Assembly (NCBI GenBank): GCA_030167865.1
Contig: JALAGF010006229.1
Coordinates: 46,952 to 66,951, forward strand
DNA length: 20,000 nt
Source: Craspedostauros australis
Lineage: Eukaryota
Reading direction: 5' to 3'
Made by a program: the position numbers and the translations under genes. The first letter of the stretch is position 1; each line of letters starts with the position of its first letter. The notes beneath the pieces were generated by a model. It was not told the origin of the DNA. It worked only from the letters and a program-made list of their open reading frames with translations, and searched no databases. This document shows, piece by piece, positions 19,657 through 20,000 of the stretch.

Positions 19657-19819
19657 CAGCGAAAAAAAAATGCCCTAAAATAAGGCACCTTTTGAAAAGA
19701 TGCCCTATTTAGGGCACGTTTTGAAAAGGTGCCCTATTTAAGGCACGTTTTGAAAAGGTGCCCTATTTAAGGCACGTTTTGAAAAGGTGCCCTATTTTAG
19801 GGCACGTTTTGTTTCACAA
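19657..19819. mobile_element. Putative non-autonomous foldback/MITE-like element containing the 29-bp array
   Basis: Perfect 12-bp inverted repeat TGCCCTAAAATA (19671-19682) / TATTTTAGGGCA (19793-19804). It extends imperfectly to CAGCGAAA / TTTCACAA. Flanked by TA (19655-56, 19820-21) and by a direct TAGCC (19650-54, 19820-24). No transposase in the window. Confidence 0.4.
19671..19811. repeat. Tandem array of ~4.8 copies of a 29-30-bp doubly palindromic unit (TGCCCTATTTA[A/G]GGCACGTTTTGAAAAGG)
   Basis: Units start at 19671, 19701, 19730, 19759 and 19788; units 3 and 4 are identical. There are no unique spacers. Confidence 0.95.
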
Positions 19820-20000
19820 TAGCCCAGCCACGATGGGCACATTCCACAAAGCCATCAACGGGGAACGATGTGGACGTCACTGAATGACGAATCAGAACAC
19901 TAATACTTATCGTCAACTTGGCGTGACATGCCTTTGATAATCCTCTGTCGTCGCGTTGTTGCGCGGGATTTGCTCTTGCTCTTTCTGTCGTCCAATCGGC

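Noticed and set aside
19671..19811. CRISPR array (29-bp palindromic repeats containing GAAA)
   Set aside because: Repeats are contiguous with no unique spacers, no cas genes are present, and the context is eukaryotic.
19640..19845. Helitron terminus (CTAG at 19649-19652; small hairpin GCCCA..TGGGC at 19822-19838)
   Set aside because: The hairpin and CTAG are not in the required order and spacing, and the CTAG is not followed by T on either strand.

Overview
Eukaryotic nuclear DNA, most likely from a diatom or related stramenopile: it is gene-dense, the long ORFs are uninterrupted, one protein has a bipartite signal peptide with an ASAF-like plastid motif, and the ankyrin repeats are of the PLHxAC/YPEA type. 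Six genes alternate strictly in orientation (+ - + - + -). In order: (1) the 3' end of an unknown basic protein; (2) histone H3.3 chaperone HIRA with large low-complexity inserts in its WD40 region; (3) a roughly 18-repeat ankyrin protein; (4) a disordered 421-aa protein with an N-myristoylation-like start and an acidic/FxFEF C-terminus; (5) a ~1180-aa protein whose C-terminus looks like a catalytically dead XPF/ERCC4 + HhH module (SHOC1/Zip2-like candidate); (6) a plastid-targeted SAP-domain + dienelactone-hydrolase fusion. The clearest non-coding structure is a ~160-bp element at 19657-19819: about five tandem 29-bp units, each with two dyad axes, bounded by inverted repeats and possible target-site duplications (MITE/foldback-like). 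I found no rRNA, tRNA or CRISPR array. All family calls are by eye from motifs and none has been checked by database search.
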